A stretch of 64,000 bases of DNA from an uncultured Gammaproteobacteria bacterium (GTDB lineage: Bacteria; Patescibacteriota; Patescibacteriia; VMEV01; CAZAJQ01), in assembly GCA_964485795.1 (NCBI GenBank), contig CAZAJQ010000006.1, positions 9,716-73,715 on the forward strand. Reading direction: 5' to 3'. The notes under the pieces are model-generated. The model was not told the DNA's origin and ran no database searches. It was given only the letters and a program-made list of their open reading frames with translations. This document shows, one piece after another, positions 19,051 to 29,379 of this stretch; position 1 is the stretch's first letter, and each line of letters starts with the position of its first letter. The position numbers and the translations under genes were made by a program.

Positions 19051-19974
19051 CTAATAGGCTGCTTCGAGCGCCAATTTCCCCGACGATATTTCCGCGATTT
19101 CTTGTGTGATGGCCGCTTGGCGAGCGGAGTTAAGATCCAGCGTCAAACCTTTCAACATATCCGAAGCGGCGTCCGTGGCGTTTTTCATGGTCAACATGCG
19201 AGCCGAATGTTCGCTCGCGTCAGACTCGAGCACGGCCTGATACACCTGCATTTCGATAAGCCGCGGAATAAGCGCGTCGAGCACCGACGAAGCCGATGGT
19301 TCAAAACGAAATTCGCGGTGATAGGTATCTCCCGTGAATATGGAACCCGCCGAACTTTTCGCAAGAATATCCCCAAACATCTCCTCAGCCGCCGCATCAA
19401 AAGGCAAAAGTTGTTTGACTCGTACCCTCTGCTTTCCGGCCGACACAAAATCCGTATAGATGAGAATGACCTTATCGTAGACCCTTTCTCGATATTTTGA
19501 AATCAGCATTTCGCTCATGGGCAAAACCTCCACCATGCTCGTCAAAACATCCGGCTTGGGAAAATCCGCCACAACCTTACGTTTTTCCCGCAAAAGCATA
19601 TCCCTCACTTTCTTCCCATATGTTATGCATTCGATCGTTTTGCGAACATATTCCTGCTCCATGAGAGAGATTGTTTTCTCGAAAATCTTGGTATTGAACG
19701 CTCCGCACAGTCCTCGATTTGAGCCGATGATGAGCATGGCAACGCTTTCGCTACGTTCATCTTTCCGCAATAAAACATGAGAACGAGGATCGGTTTTTTC
19801 CAAAAGATCGAGAAGAATCTGCCAGGCGAGGGATGCATACGGACGGGTCGAAAGAGCGTTTTGTACGGCGCGACGCATTTTGGACGCAGAAACAAGCTCC
19901 ATGGCTTTGGTGATTTTCTTGGTATTTTTCACCGATTTTATCCGAGTTCGAATTTCTTTCAATGCGCCTGGCAT
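19051..19974 (-). CDS. atpG: F0F1 ATP synthase subunit gamma
   Basis: MPGALKEIRTRIKSVKNTKKITKAMELVSASKMRRAVQN is the gamma-subunit N-terminus. The start is placed at the internal Met, not the longer track ORF. Confidence 0.9.
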   Translation of the reverse strand: MPGALKEIRTRIKSVKNTKKITKAMELVSASKMRRAVQNALSTRPYASLAWQILLDLLEKTDPRSHVLLRKDERSESVAMLIIGSNRGLCGAFNTKIFEKTISLMEQEYVRKTIECITYGKKVRDMLLREKRKVVADFPKPDVLTSMVEVLPMSEMLISKYRERVYDKVILIYTDFVSAGKQRVRVKQLLPFDAAAEEMFGDILAKSSAGSIFTGDTYHREFRFEPSASSVLDALIPRLIEMQVYQAVLESDASEHSARMLTMKNATDAASDMLKGLTLDLNSARQAAITQEIAEISSGKLALEAAY

Positions 19975-19999
19975 GGGAGTAAAAAAAATTACAAAAAAT

Positions 20000-21526
20000 T
20001 TATTGCGTCTCTTGCTGATGTTTTTCCAAAAAAATCTTCTTGGCATCATTGATCACTTCTTGCAATTTCTTTTCGGTGTCGGAGGTAATATGCTTTTCTT
20101 TCACGATCGATTCATACACCTCTTTCGCGTTATTCTCCATGTATTCCAAAAAGAAAAGCTCAAACGATTTCACGGATTCCTTGGGAATGTCGTCCATGTA
20201 CCCATTCACCACGGCGTAGAGCACCACCACTTGTTTTTCGACATCATAGAGATCGTACTGGTTTTGCTTCAAAATTTCGATGGTGCGACTGCCACGGTTC
20301 AGCGTTTTTTTCGTGGCCTCGTCAAGCTCGGAACCGAACTGCGCAAAAGCCGCCAATTCCTGATATTGGGCGAGACTCAGCTTCAGCTTGCCCGCAACCT
20401 GCTTCATGGCTTTGATCTGCGCCGCCGACCCCACGCGCGAAACGGATAATCCGACATTGACCGCGGGTCTCACTCCCTTATAGAAAAGATCGGTTTCAAG
20501 GTAAATTTGCCCGTCGGTGATGGAGATGACATTGGTCGGAATATACGCGGAAACGTCTCCGGCCAATGTTTCGATGATCGGAAGCGCGGTGATGGAGCCG
20601 CCCCCATAGTCTTCATGGATGCGAGCCGCGCGTTCCAAAAGACGTGAATGGAGGTAAAAAATGTCACCCGGATACGCCTCGCGTCCCGGTGGACGTTTCA
20701 GCAGCAATGAAAGCTGGCGATAGGCCACGGCATGTTTCGAGAGGTCATCATAGATGATCAACACGTCTTTTCCCTTATCCATGAAGTATTCGGCCATGGC
20801 CACACCCGCATAGGGCGCCAAAAACGAAAATGAAGCCGGCTCAGAAGCTCCGGCAATGATCACGATCGTATGATCCATGGCCGCATGCGTTTCAAGCTTT
20901 GATACGATTTTTGCAATTTTGGATTCTTTTTGACCTATCGCGACGTAGATGCAAATCACGTTTTTTCCCTTTTGATTGATGATGGTATCTATGGCAAGCG
21001 CGGTTTTTCCGGTTTGTCGGTCTCCGATGATCAATTCGCGCTGCCCGCGACCGATGGGAATCATGGCGTCAATCGACTTGATGCCGGTTTGCAAGGGAAC
21101 AGTCACCGACTTTCGTTTGATCACGCCCGGAGCGATCTTTTCGATCGGATAATACGTTTTGGTGGCGATTTTGGATCGACCGTCAATGGGTTGTCCCAAA
21201 GGATTCAGCACACGCCCCACCAAGGCGTCCGATACCGGCACTTCGAGAATTCGATCCGTCTTTTTCACCTCATCGCCTACCTTTATGAGACTGTAATCAC
21301 CCAAAATCATGGCTCCGATGCGCCCCATGTCAAGATTCAGCACCACGCCCATGACTCCATGACCAAAGTCCAACATTTCCGACATTTTTGCGCCCGAAAG
21401 TCCCGCAATCGCCGCAATGCCGTCTCCGATTTCAACGACCACTCCAAGCTCTTCAAATCGTTCGGAAAGATCCAACGTACCAAGTTCCTTTTTAATGCTG
21501 TCAATAAGTTCTATTTTTGAGTGCAT
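20000..21526 (-). CDS. atpA: F0F1 ATP synthase subunit alpha
   Basis: P-loop GDRQTGKTA and the conserved alpha-subunit core. Confidence 0.95.
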   Translation of the reverse strand: MHSKIELIDSIKKELGTLDLSERFEELGVVVEIGDGIAAIAGLSGAKMSEMLDFGHGVMGVVLNLDMGRIGAMILGDYSLIKVGDEVKKTDRILEVPVSDALVGRVLNPLGQPIDGRSKIATKTYYPIEKIAPGVIKRKSVTVPLQTGIKSIDAMIPIGRGQRELIIGDRQTGKTALAIDTIINQKGKNVICIYVAIGQKESKIAKIVSKLETHAAMDHTIVIIAGASEPASFSFLAPYAGVAMAEYFMDKGKDVLIIYDDLSKHAVAYRQLSLLLKRPPGREAYPGDIFYLHSRLLERAARIHEDYGGGSITALPIIETLAGDVSAYIPTNVISITDGQIYLETDLFYKGVRPAVNVGLSVSRVGSAAQIKAMKQVAGKLKLSLAQYQELAAFAQFGSELDEATKKTLNRGSRTIEILKQNQYDLYDVEKQVVVLYAVVNGYMDDIPKESVKSFELFFLEYMENNAKEVYESIVKEKHITSDTEKKLQEVINDAKKIFLEKHQQETQ

Positions 21527-21531
21527 ATGAA

Positions 21532-21933
21532 TTATTCAGATTTCAAATGTTTCTTCATTTTATCCAGTTTCGTTTCTATCGTGGCATCGTACATCTTGTC
21601 CAAATATGAAAATTTTACGCCACCCATGCATTCCGGTCGGACGGTGTCGATGACTTCAAAATGTTCGTATCCGATCGCATGGCTTTTGACCTTTTTTGAA
21701 ATCAGTTTTTTCGCCCATGCCGAAAGTTTTCTTGCACTTTGAACATGAATTTCCAAAATATTTTTTTGATCCTTATAATAGTCTTCAAAATGTTTGACGA
21801 TTTCCTTCATGAGATGCTGATCATGATTTTTTTCCACGATATTCAGAAAATTGCCTAGCATTTCTGAAACGCTTTTCGTCTTCTCAAGAGATTCATACAG
21901 CGCCACCGCATAATCACGAGCCGAATATTTCAT
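21532..21933 (-). CDS. atpH: F0F1 ATP synthase subunit delta (OSCP)
   Basis: [16 protein letters not shown] matches the delta N-terminus (ARPYAKALFE-like). It sits between atpF and atpA. The start is taken at Met 21933 so that it does not run into the repeat element. Confidence 0.7.
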   Translation of the reverse strand: MKYSARDYAVALYESLEKTKSVSEMLGNFLNIVEKNHDQHLMKEIVKHFEDYYKDQKNILEIHVQSARKLSAWAKKLISKKVKSHAIGYEHFEVIDTVRPECMGGVKFSYLDKMYDATIETKLDKMKKHLKSE

Positions 21934-21947
21934 ACAATGATAATTTA

Positions 21948-22049
21948 CCCCCACACCAAATCAGCAGACAGATTCGTAAATTCATGTATATATTGTTGTG
22001 TGATAAATGATTTCATAAACAATCAAAAATCCTCTGATTTGGTGTGGGG
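21948..22049 (+). repeat. MITE-like / structured repeat, family A, copy 1 (102 bp, 16-bp terminal inverted repeats CCCCACACCAAATCAG)
   Basis: CCCCACACCAAATCAG at 21948-21963 and its reverse complement CTGATTTGGTGTGGGG at 22034-22049. It sits in the atpH-atpF intergenic space. Related copies are at 30638-30738 and 32559-32664. Confidence 0.55.
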
Positions 22050-22054
22050 ATGAA

Positions 22055-22543
22055 TTACTCTTTCAGTGCTTCATCGATGATTTTTTGATCGGTTTTTGAA
22101 TCCAATTTTTGAGCAAGAATCTTCTGCGTCGCGGAAATGACCAAATCTTTGATCTCGGATTTCACTTCAAAAAACATCTTTTCCTTTTCCTCAGCGATAA
22201 GTTGCTTGGCGCGCAGGATGACAGCCTCGGATTCTTTTTTGGTCGCCGCCAAAATTTCGACTTTGTGCTGCTCGGCTTGCTTTTTAGCGAGCATAAGAGT
22301 TTCATTGGCCTGTTTTTTTGCTTCGAGCAGAATACTTTTTCGATCCTTTTCCGAAGATGCGAGCATGGTTTCGATTTTTTGTGATTCATGGATGCTTTTT
22401 TCCACCATGCGCTGTCGTTCATCCAAAAGCTTCAAAAGCGGTTTATACAAGAAGCGATACAGCACCACAAGCAATACGACAAAATTGATGATTTGCGCCA
22501 GTATGAGTCGTATGTCAATTCCCAGTTTTGAGAGAAGTTCCAT
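22055..22543 (-). CDS. atpF: F0F1 ATP synthase subunit b
   Basis: N-terminal TM helix followed by a long charged coiled coil (AKKQAEQHKVEILAATKKESEAVILRAKQ). Confidence 0.8.
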   Translation of the reverse strand: MELLSKLGIDIRLILAQIINFVVLLVVLYRFLYKPLLKLLDERQRMVEKSIHESQKIETMLASSEKDRKSILLEAKKQANETLMLAKKQAEQHKVEILAATKKESEAVILRAKQLIAEEKEKMFFEVKSEIKDLVISATQKILAQKLDSKTDQKIIDEALKE

Positions 22544-22606
22544 AGATGAATATATTGCGAATCAGCATGAAATTCATGCCGTTTTACAAACTTCGAACGG
22601 CCAAGA

Positions 22607-22903
<297 letters not shown>

Positions 22904-22997
22904 TTAATGATAATGAATTTATTAATTATGCAAGAATTTTTTTCTGATCCCATTTTTTCAAAACGGGTGTCTGTTACGCTCCCCATGGCATCTCCCA

Positions 22998-23729
22998 TCA
23001 ATGCGATTCGGCACTGGCGATGGTCATAAACACCAATGTCAGCATCGAAAAAACGAGCGCTTGCACGAACCCAACAAAAATCTCCAGCATCAGAAAAGGC
23101 AGTGGAATAAACCAAGGCACCAAAAACAACACCACCGTCAAAAGCACTTCTCCGGCAAAAATATTCCCAAAAAGCCGGAATGAAAATGAAACCACGCGCG
23201 ATACTTCGGACAATATTTCAAGAATGCCCACAAAGAAAAATACCGGTCCGTTCGTCAGATTAATGAACTTGGAAAAATATCGAAAAAAACCAATCGCAAG
23301 GATTCCAAATATCTGTATGGACATCACGGCCGATATCGCCAACGCTATAGTGAAATTCAGATCCGCTGACATGGAGCGCAAAAATGGCGTCAGTGCCCCA
23401 TCTTCCTCCCGAATCCCGATCGTTCCCAAGCCCGGGATAACTTCGATCCAATTGGAAAGAATGACAAAGATGAAAATGGTCATCACCACGGGGAAAAATT
23501 TCCGAGCCAGCAGCTTGTCTTGCGTCACACTTTCGATGACATGCAGAGCGCCCTCCATCATCAGCTCCAAAAATCCCTGCAATTTCCCTGGAATCTTGCG
23601 AATATTTTGCGAAAAAAGATAGGCAAGCACCACCAAGGCGATCACCAAAAGCCAGCTTAACACGGTGGTATTGGTGATCATGAAGGATCCAATGGTAAAC
23701 AGTGTTTCCGCGGCCAATGATATATGCAT
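22998..23729 (-). CDS. atpB: F0F1 ATP synthase subunit a
   Basis: Polytopic protein. The conserved a-subunit stator-arginine region RLFGNIFAGE is present. Confidence 0.85.
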   Translation of the reverse strand: MHISLAAETLFTIGSFMITNTTVLSWLLVIALVVLAYLFSQNIRKIPGKLQGFLELMMEGALHVIESVTQDKLLARKFFPVVMTIFIFVILSNWIEVIPGLGTIGIREEDGALTPFLRSMSADLNFTIALAISAVMSIQIFGILAIGFFRYFSKFINLTNGPVFFFVGILEILSEVSRVVSFSFRLFGNIFAGEVLLTVVLFLVPWFIPLPFLMLEIFVGFVQALVFSMLTLVFMTIASAESH

Positions 23730-23734
23730 ACACC

Positions 23735-23974
23735 CTATTGTGATTTCTTTTCTTCATCGTTCAATGATTGCGCAAGTTTTGGCATTTGCAAAAGTATCAA
23801 AGTCATAGAAACCATCAAAGCGATCACCAATGATATGATAAACAAAAAAGGACTTGACCCCAAATATTGATCAATGAAGCGTGCCGGAATGACAATGATC
23901 ACCAACGGTACGATAATATAAAGCGCCAATCTGAGACAAATTTCAATGACTTTTCTTTTCACATCCATACCCAA
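23735..23974 (-). CDS. small two-TM membrane protein, AtpZ/AtpI-like, the first gene of the atp operon
   Basis: 79 aa with two hydrophobic helices. It lies immediately upstream of atpB and downstream of the operon promoter. Confidence 0.4.
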   Translation of the reverse strand: MGMDVKRKVIEICLRLALYIIVPLVIIVIPARFIDQYLGSSPFLFIISLVIALMVSMTLILLQMPKLAQSLNDEEKKSQ

Positions 23975-24108
23975 TGAATTTGAATTTTATCCGAACCAAT
24001 GGCCTCTTCATCTTCCAGAGAAAATGAGGTTTGAAAAATACTTCGTATATCATTCGCAAAAAGCATTATGCTCCATTTGCACCCTATGGCTGCATGGTAT
24101 GGGAGTGA

Positions 24109-24137
24109 ATTATACGGTCGAAAAGCGAGTCGGTCAA
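24109..24137 (-). promoter_or_regulatory. canonical sigma70-type promoter TTGACC-17-TATAAT for the atp operon
   Basis: The minus strand reads CCCTTGACCGACTCGCTTTTCGACCGTATAATT. The -35 element is the complement of 24132-24137 and the -10 element is the complement of 24109-24114, with a 17-nt spacer. It lies between the dnaJ stop and the atpZ start. Confidence 0.55.
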
Positions 24138-24159
24138 GGGTTTTTTGTTTATACACTCA

Positions 24160-25296
24160 TTAATTCAACCCTCCTGAGGTGTTATCGCGAAAATGATGCA
24201 GATCCTCGCCGGACATGTCAGAAATCTGTTTCCAGAGTTTTTTCTCTTCCGCCGTTGTTTTTTTTGGAATCGCAAGGCCGATCTCAACATGATGATCCCC
24301 CCTTCCGCGACCGTGCAATCGGGCGATACCCAGCCCTCGCAGTCGAAAAGTAGCGCCGCTTTGAGTGCCTGCGGGTATTTTGATCATCACATTGCCTTCG
24401 ATGGTTTTCACTTCCGCCTTTCCGCCCAAAACAGCCAAGGTCGGACTGATATGAAGCTTGGTATGCACATCCTGTTCTTTTCGAAAAAAATACGGATCCG
24501 TTTTGACGGAAATATGGATATACACGTCTCCCGGTATTCCCCCTTTTTTTGCCGCATCTCCTTCCGCTGACAATCTCAAGGTCTGACCGTTCTCAATGCC
24601 TGCAGGAATTTTCACTTTCAAAGTCACATTGCTTCGATTGATTCCTTTACCCCCGCAAAGCGTGCATTTTTTTGCATAGATTTTTCCCGTCCCCTCACAC
24701 GGTTCACAAGGAACCAAAGTCGCAAAATTCCCGAAAAAAGTTTGACGGGACGTGCGCCGTTGCCCGCTTCCATGACATTCTCCGCAGTCGGAAGGAGCCG
24801 TGCCGGCCTGCCCTCCCGATCCGTGACATTCCGTGCAGGTCACATCCTTTACAAAGCTGATCTCTTTTTGGGTACCCAGTGCCGATTCCAAAAACGTAAT
24901 CTGAATTTTCATCTCACGGTCTCGTCCCTTGTATGTTTTCTTGGATCGCGTCTGTGCACGGGTACCGCCGAAAAAATCGTCGAAAATATCACCGAAATTC
25001 CCAAAATCAAAATGCGCGCTATTGGACGTTTCGCCCCCTTGTCTCATGAAATCTTCCCATGAAAATCCGGCACCGCCGTTTCCCGATTGCCGGTATGCGG
25101 AATGTCCCAGCTGATCATACTGATTTCGCTTCTCTGGATCGGAAAGCACTTGATACGCTTCGTTGATCTCTTTGAATTTCGCGGCATTACCTCCGGGTTT
25201 ATCGGGATGATGCTTGGCCGCCAATTTTCGAAACGCCTTTTTGATATCTTCGGGCGAAGCGTTCTTTGAAATTCCGAGCAATGAATAATAGTCCAT
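24160..25296 (-). CDS. dnaJ: molecular chaperone DnaJ
   Basis: J-domain with HPD ([10 protein letters not shown]). A G/F-rich region. Four CxxCxGxG zinc-finger repeats ([32 protein letters not shown]). Confidence 0.95.
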   Translation of the reverse strand: MDYYSLLGISKNASPEDIKKAFRKLAAKHHPDKPGGNAAKFKEINEAYQVLSDPEKRNQYDQLGHSAYRQSGNGGAGFSWEDFMRQGGETSNSAHFDFGNFGDIFDDFFGGTRAQTRSKKTYKGRDREMKIQITFLESALGTQKEISFVKDVTCTECHGSGGQAGTAPSDCGECHGSGQRRTSRQTFFGNFATLVPCEPCEGTGKIYAKKCTLCGGKGINRSNVTLKVKIPAGIENGQTLRLSAEGDAAKKGGIPGDVYIHISVKTDPYFFRKEQDVHTKLHISPTLAVLGGKAEVKTIEGNVMIKIPAGTQSGATFRLRGLGIARLHGRGRGDHHVEIGLAIPKKTTAEEKKLWKQISDMSGEDLHHFRDNTSGGLN

Positions 25297-25346
25297 GGTA
25301 CGTCAAAGAGGGAAAAACGTTTCCCCCCTTTGTTTATGATTGAAAC

Positions 25347-27227
25347 TTATTTTTTTTCAAATTCGGCGTCGGTCGCGGAATCCTTGTCCTTTTTCGAATC
25401 CTCTTCCGATGGAGGAGTTTGTGCAGACGGATTCTGATACAGGGATGCTCCCACCTTTTGCACGAGATCCGTCAGTTCATTGCTGGCTTTTTTGATGGCC
25501 TCGGCATCCTGACCGTCTTTCACGCCTTTGAGTTCTGCCATTTTTTCTTCGATTGATTTTTTGTCACTGTCTGAAATTTTTCCTTCCATGTCCTTGAGCA
25601 TTTTTTCCGTCGTATACATCATCGTTTCCGCGGTATTCTTGAGTTCAACCGCTTCGCGTTTTTTCTTGTCTTCTGCTTCGAATTTTTCGGCTTCCTTTCT
25701 CATGCGTTCGACCTCATCTTTGGAAAGTCCGGTGGACGCCTGAATCGTGATTTTCTGCTCCTTGTTTGTCCCCTTATCTTTGGCCGAAACATTGAGAATG
25801 CCGTTCGCATCGATGTCAAAAGTCACTTCGACCTGAGGAATTCCGCGAGGCGCCGGCGGAATTCCGGATAAAACGAATCGCCCCAAAGACTTGTTGTCGA
25901 GAGCCATCTGCCTTTCACCCTGCAATACATGGATCTCAACGCTGGTTTGGCTGTCGGCAGCCGTGGAAAACACCTGCGATTTTGACGTCGGTATCGTGGT
26001 ATTGCGTTCGATAAGTTTGGTCATCACGCCTCCGAGAGTTTCGATTCCCAGAGAGAGCGGAGTCACGTCGAGAAGAAGCACGTCGCGCACCTCACCCTTC
26101 ATCACGCCTCCCTGCACGGCCGCGCCAACGGCCACGACTTCATCGGGATTCACGGATATGTTTGGCTTTTTCCCAAAAAACTTTTCAACGGTTTTGAGCA
26201 CCAGCGGCATACGCGTTTGCCCTCCGACCATCACGACTTCGTCAATTTCCGACATTTTGAGGCCAGAATCATCGATGGCTTTTTTACAAGGTTCCAAAGT
26301 TCTTTGCACCAGATTATAGACCAATTCCTCGAGCTTGGCCCTCGTAAGCTTCATGACCAGATGCTTGGGGCCGCTCGCGTCCGAAGTGATGAACGGCTGA
26401 TTGATTTCGGTTTCTTGAGACGTGGAAAGCTCGATTTTCGCTTTTTCAGCGGATTCCTTGAGTCTTTGCAATGCGAGTTCATCCTTCGCAAGATCGATGC
26501 CATGATCTTTTTTATATTCCGAAAGCATCCAGTCGATGATCGTCTTGTCAAAATCATCTCCGCCCAAATGCGTGTCGCCGTTCGTTGCTTTGACCTCCAC
26601 CACATCATCCCCGATTTCAAGAACGGATACGTCAAACGTACCGCCGCCAAGATCATAGATGATGATTTTTTGTCCCTTTTTCTTATCAAAACCGTACGCC
26701 AAAGCCGCGGCCGTGGGTTCATTGATGATGCGCAGCACATCGAGACCCGCGATTTTCCCCGCGTCCTTGGTTGCCTGACGCTGTGAATCGTTGAAATATG
26801 CGGGAACCGTGATGATCGCCTCCGTGATTTTTTCTCCGATTTTTTCCTCTGCGTCGGTTTTGAGCTTTTGTAAAACCATGGCGGAAATTTCTTGCGGCGA
26901 ATATTCCTTGCCACCCAAGGCCACCATGACTCCTTCTCCTGATTTCACAATGCCGTAAGAAACCATTTTCATGTGTTGCTGCACTTCTTTATCCTCAAAA
27001 CGCCGCCCGATAAGACGCTTAATGGAAAAAAGCGTATTTTTCGGATTCGTCACGGCCTGACGCTTCGCAAGCAACCCCACCAGTCGCTCCCCGCTTTTTG
27101 CGATGGCGACGATGGACGGCGTCGTGCGATTGCCTTCTTTGTTCTCAATGATTTTCGGTTCTCCGCCCTCGATGATGGCCATGGCGGAATTCGTCGTACC
27201 CAAATCGATACCAAGTATTTTCCCCAT
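25347..27227 (-). CDS. dnaK: molecular chaperone DnaK (Hsp70)
   Basis: [18 protein letters not shown] and VGGQTRMP signatures, plus a C-terminal EEDSKKDKD tail. Confidence 0.97.
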   Translation of the reverse strand: MGKILGIDLGTTNSAMAIIEGGEPKIIENKEGNRTTPSIVAIAKSGERLVGLLAKRQAVTNPKNTLFSIKRLIGRRFEDKEVQQHMKMVSYGIVKSGEGVMVALGGKEYSPQEISAMVLQKLKTDAEEKIGEKITEAIITVPAYFNDSQRQATKDAGKIAGLDVLRIINEPTAAALAYGFDKKKGQKIIIYDLGGGTFDVSVLEIGDDVVEVKATNGDTHLGGDDFDKTIIDWMLSEYKKDHGIDLAKDELALQRLKESAEKAKIELSTSQETEINQPFITSDASGPKHLVMKLTRAKLEELVYNLVQRTLEPCKKAIDDSGLKMSEIDEVVMVGGQTRMPLVLKTVEKFFGKKPNISVNPDEVVAVGAAVQGGVMKGEVRDVLLLDVTPLSLGIETLGGVMTKLIERNTTIPTSKSQVFSTAADSQTSVEIHVLQGERQMALDNKSLGRFVLSGIPPAPRGIPQVEVTFDIDANGILNVSAKDKGTNKEQKITIQASTGLSKDEVERMRKEAEKFEAEDKKKREAVELKNTAETMMYTTEKMLKDMEGKISDSDKKSIEEKMAELKGVKDGQDAEAIKKASNELTDLVQKVGASLYQNPSAQTPPSEEDSKKDKDSATDAEFEKK

Positions 27228-27300
27228 AGAATGATAAGTGAAAACATTTTCTCAGTGCAGAAAATGTCATCACAGGTAAAGTTATATTGCAAAAAAACAC

Positions 27301-27879
27301 TCAAGCAAAAATGATCACTTTGGCAGGAGAAAGAACTTTTCCGTGCAATGTGTATCCGGCTTCCAGAACTTCAAGTATGGTGCCCGATTTCCCTTCAGCG
27401 GATTCTTTTTTTATCGCTTCATGCTTGACAGGGTCAAAATTTTCACCTTTTTTAACCTCTATCTGGAGAATGCCATTTCGCGACAAAACATCCGCGAAAA
27501 GTTTTTTGATATGGATAATCCCCACCACCCACGGCTCTTGCAATTGATCGAAAGGAATGTAAGCAGTCGCCTTTTCATAATGAATCAACACCGGAAGCAT
27601 ACTTCGCAAAAGCTCTTCATTGAAAAATTGCACGGTATCCTTTCTTTCCATTTCAATTTGCCTCTTAAAATTCGCAAAATCAGCCTGTACGCGTTGCCAG
27701 CCGGCCAAATACTCGTCTCGCTCGCGATGACATTTTTCCGCTTCAGATTCGGTGCTTTTCATTTCCGCTTGATCAGCCGTCAATCCTTGAAACTTTTTGC
27801 TTTCGGTCTCAGACGGCTCGGCGCTCTCCGGTATTGTATTGTCTTTGGTCTGGTCGTTTGATTCCTGCATAAGTATCAA
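27301..27879 (-). CDS. grpE: nucleotide exchange factor GrpE
   Basis: Coiled-coil N-terminus and the GrpE C-terminal beta-domain (YLAGWQRVQADFANFKRQ...). Confidence 0.85.
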   Translation of the reverse strand: MILMQESNDQTKDNTIPESAEPSETESKKFQGLTADQAEMKSTESEAEKCHRERDEYLAGWQRVQADFANFKRQIEMERKDTVQFFNEELLRSMLPVLIHYEKATAYIPFDQLQEPWVVGIIHIKKLFADVLSRNGILQIEVKKGENFDPVKHEAIKKESAEGKSGTILEVLEAGYTLHGKVLSPAKVIIFA

Positions 27880-27903
27880 AAATATTTACACTCACCCGTA
27901 ACA

Positions 27904-28488
27904 TTACGATGAACGATTTTTCATGGAAATATCGTACACGATGCTTTCGATTTTTCGCAGATTTCTTTTCGCATCGTCGTATTTGGTACGCAATTTTCCC
28001 GTCATGTCAAAGTGTATCAGCTCCCCCAGAATATCGGTCAATACCTTCTGAATATGCAGCACTTTGTCAAAACGTCCCGCCGTAGCTTCAAGAATCGCCC
28101 TTCTTACCATCTCCCCCGTCATATCGCAAATACCGCCGAGATAATCATCGGCATCGGCTGAAAGATTTTTCAGCTCCGCAATATCTTCTCCGTTGTCAAC
28201 GTCATAGAAAAAACGCGCTTCGATGTATTCTTCCACGGCGGCTCGATATGCCCCGCAATCCATCAATGTCAATGAATCGCTTCCATACTTTTTTTGAACA
28301 TCGGAAAGAGTTTTTTCGCTGCTGATCAAAAGTTTCTTCGCCGAAACACGATCATTGCGCTGCAAAGCGAAAATGCTCTTTTTGGCGTTTCGCAAGGCGT
28401 CGCCGCTTTTTTCGATGATAACCTGCCTCTCCAGCTGTTTTACGGAATGTTCGTCCTTGAGATTTTTGAAAAATCGACTATGTATCAT
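27904..28488 (-). CDS. translin-family protein (PF01997-like)
   Basis: DDYLGGICDMTGEMVRRAILEAT matches the translin core motif DYLlGvaDLTGELMRlAI. The downstream KLRTKYDDAKRNLRKIESIVYDI matches the translin C-terminal helix. It lies inside the hrcA-grpE-dnaK-dnaJ operon. Confidence 0.5.
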   Translation of the reverse strand: MIHSRFFKNLKDEHSVKQLERQVIIEKSGDALRNAKKSIFALQRNDRVSAKKLLISSEKTLSDVQKKYGSDSLTLMDCGAYRAAVEEYIEARFFYDVDNGEDIAELKNLSADADDYLGGICDMTGEMVRRAILEATAGRFDKVLHIQKVLTDILGELIHFDMTGKLRTKYDDAKRNLRKIESIVYDISMKNRSS

Positions 28489-29185
28489 ACGAAAAATGAG
28501 AAGAATAAAACCGTTGCCAATAATTGAGATACTCCATATTCCGAGAATACTCCATGCGCATGGAACCGAGAATACCGATCAACCCTTCTTTTTCGTCATC
28601 TCGATATTTCTTCAGCAAAGCCGCCCCATCGGCATAAAATGGATTTTCCGAACCGAGCAACAGGACCGTCTCTCGATCAATCGTATCAAAAATCCTCCCA
28701 ACATACGTCTCGATTTCATCAACCATGATTGACACCGAAGAGATAAAATCTCTATTGTTCGCTTCGGGCTGCAAAAAAAGATAAGAAATCCCCGTACAGT
28801 AAATATCGTTTTTATCAAAGGCGATCATGACCATCTGACGACTCATGGTCGAGAGACATTTCGCGGAGTTTTTCAAAACCGCACGTTTTTCATCACGTTC
28901 GAAAACTTCATTCAAGGTGTTTTTTTCATCATCAGGTATATCCGCTCCTGTCATGCAATGCTCCACATAATATCGATATCCGATTTCCGTGGGAATACGC
29001 CCGGCCGAAGTGTAGGGAGCCCTGATAAAACCCGAATGTGTGAGCTCCGCCATTTCATTGCGAACCGTAGCCGCACTGATATGCAGATGATCCGCTAAAA
29101 CTTGAGATGATACGGGTTCGGCCGTATGAATATACTGATCGATGAGCAACTGAAGAAGCTGCTGTTGTCGATGACTGACATACAT
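28478..29185 (-). CDS. hrcA: heat-inducible transcription repressor HrcA (short form)
   Basis: N-terminal winged-helix QQQLLQLLIDQYIHTAEPVSSQVLAD...ISAATVRNEMAELT matches the HrcA DNA-binding domain. It is the first gene of the chaperone operon. Confidence 0.8.
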   Translation of the reverse strand: MYVSHRQQQLLQLLIDQYIHTAEPVSSQVLADHLHISAATVRNEMAELTHSGFIRAPYTSAGRIPTEIGYRYYVEHCMTGADIPDDEKNTLNEVFERDEKRAVLKNSAKCLSTMSRQMVMIAFDKNDIYCTGISYLFLQPEANNRDFISSVSIMVDEIETYVGRIFDTIDRETVLLLGSENPFYADGAALLKKYRDDEKEGLIGILGSMRMEYSRNMEYLNYWQRFYSSHFSYDT

Positions 29186-29186
29186 A

Positions 29187-29213
29187 TTAGCACTCTCATG
29201 CCTTACCTGCTAA
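29187..29213 (-). promoter_or_regulatory. degenerate CIRCE-like inverted repeat (putative HrcA operator)
   Basis: TTAGCACTC-N9-ACCTGCTAA compared with the consensus TTAGCACTC-N9-GAGTGCTAA. The left arm is perfect and the right arm matches 6 of 9. It begins 2 nt upstream of the hrcA start codon. Confidence 0.4.
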
Positions 29214-29246
29214 GTATTCTAAAAATATTTTTTTTCTTTGTCAATA

Positions 29247-29268
29247 TCAAAAAACCGCTGAGAGCGGC
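29247..29268 (-). terminator. intrinsic terminator downstream of tRNA-Glu
   Basis: Minus strand reads GCCGCTCTCAGCGG followed by TTTTTTGATATTG. Confidence 0.5.
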
Positions 29269-29272
29269 CTTA

Positions 29273-29344
29273 TACCCCTACGGGGAATTGAACCCCGGTT
29301 TCCAGGTTGAGAACCTAGCGTCCTAACCACTAGACGATAAGGGC
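29273..29344 (-). tRNA. tRNA-Glu (anticodon CUC), CCA not encoded
   Basis: Minus strand reads GCCCTTATCGTCTAGTGGTTAGGACGCTAGGTTCTCAACCTGGAAACCGGGGTTCAATTCCCCGTAGGGGTA. The anticodon loop is TTCTCAA. The T-arm is CGGGG-TTCAATT-CCCCG. The acceptor stem has two G.U pairs. The architecture parallels E. coli tRNA-Glu. Confidence 0.72.
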
Positions 29345-29379
29345 ATGTAAAAAGGGATATTCCTCTCAGCATGGCACCT

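Noticed and set aside
20930-21520. 196-aa plus-strand ORF
   Set aside because: It is antisense to atpA.
23020-23622. 200-aa plus-strand ORF
   Set aside because: It is antisense to atpB. It is a compositional shadow of a highly hydrophobic gene.
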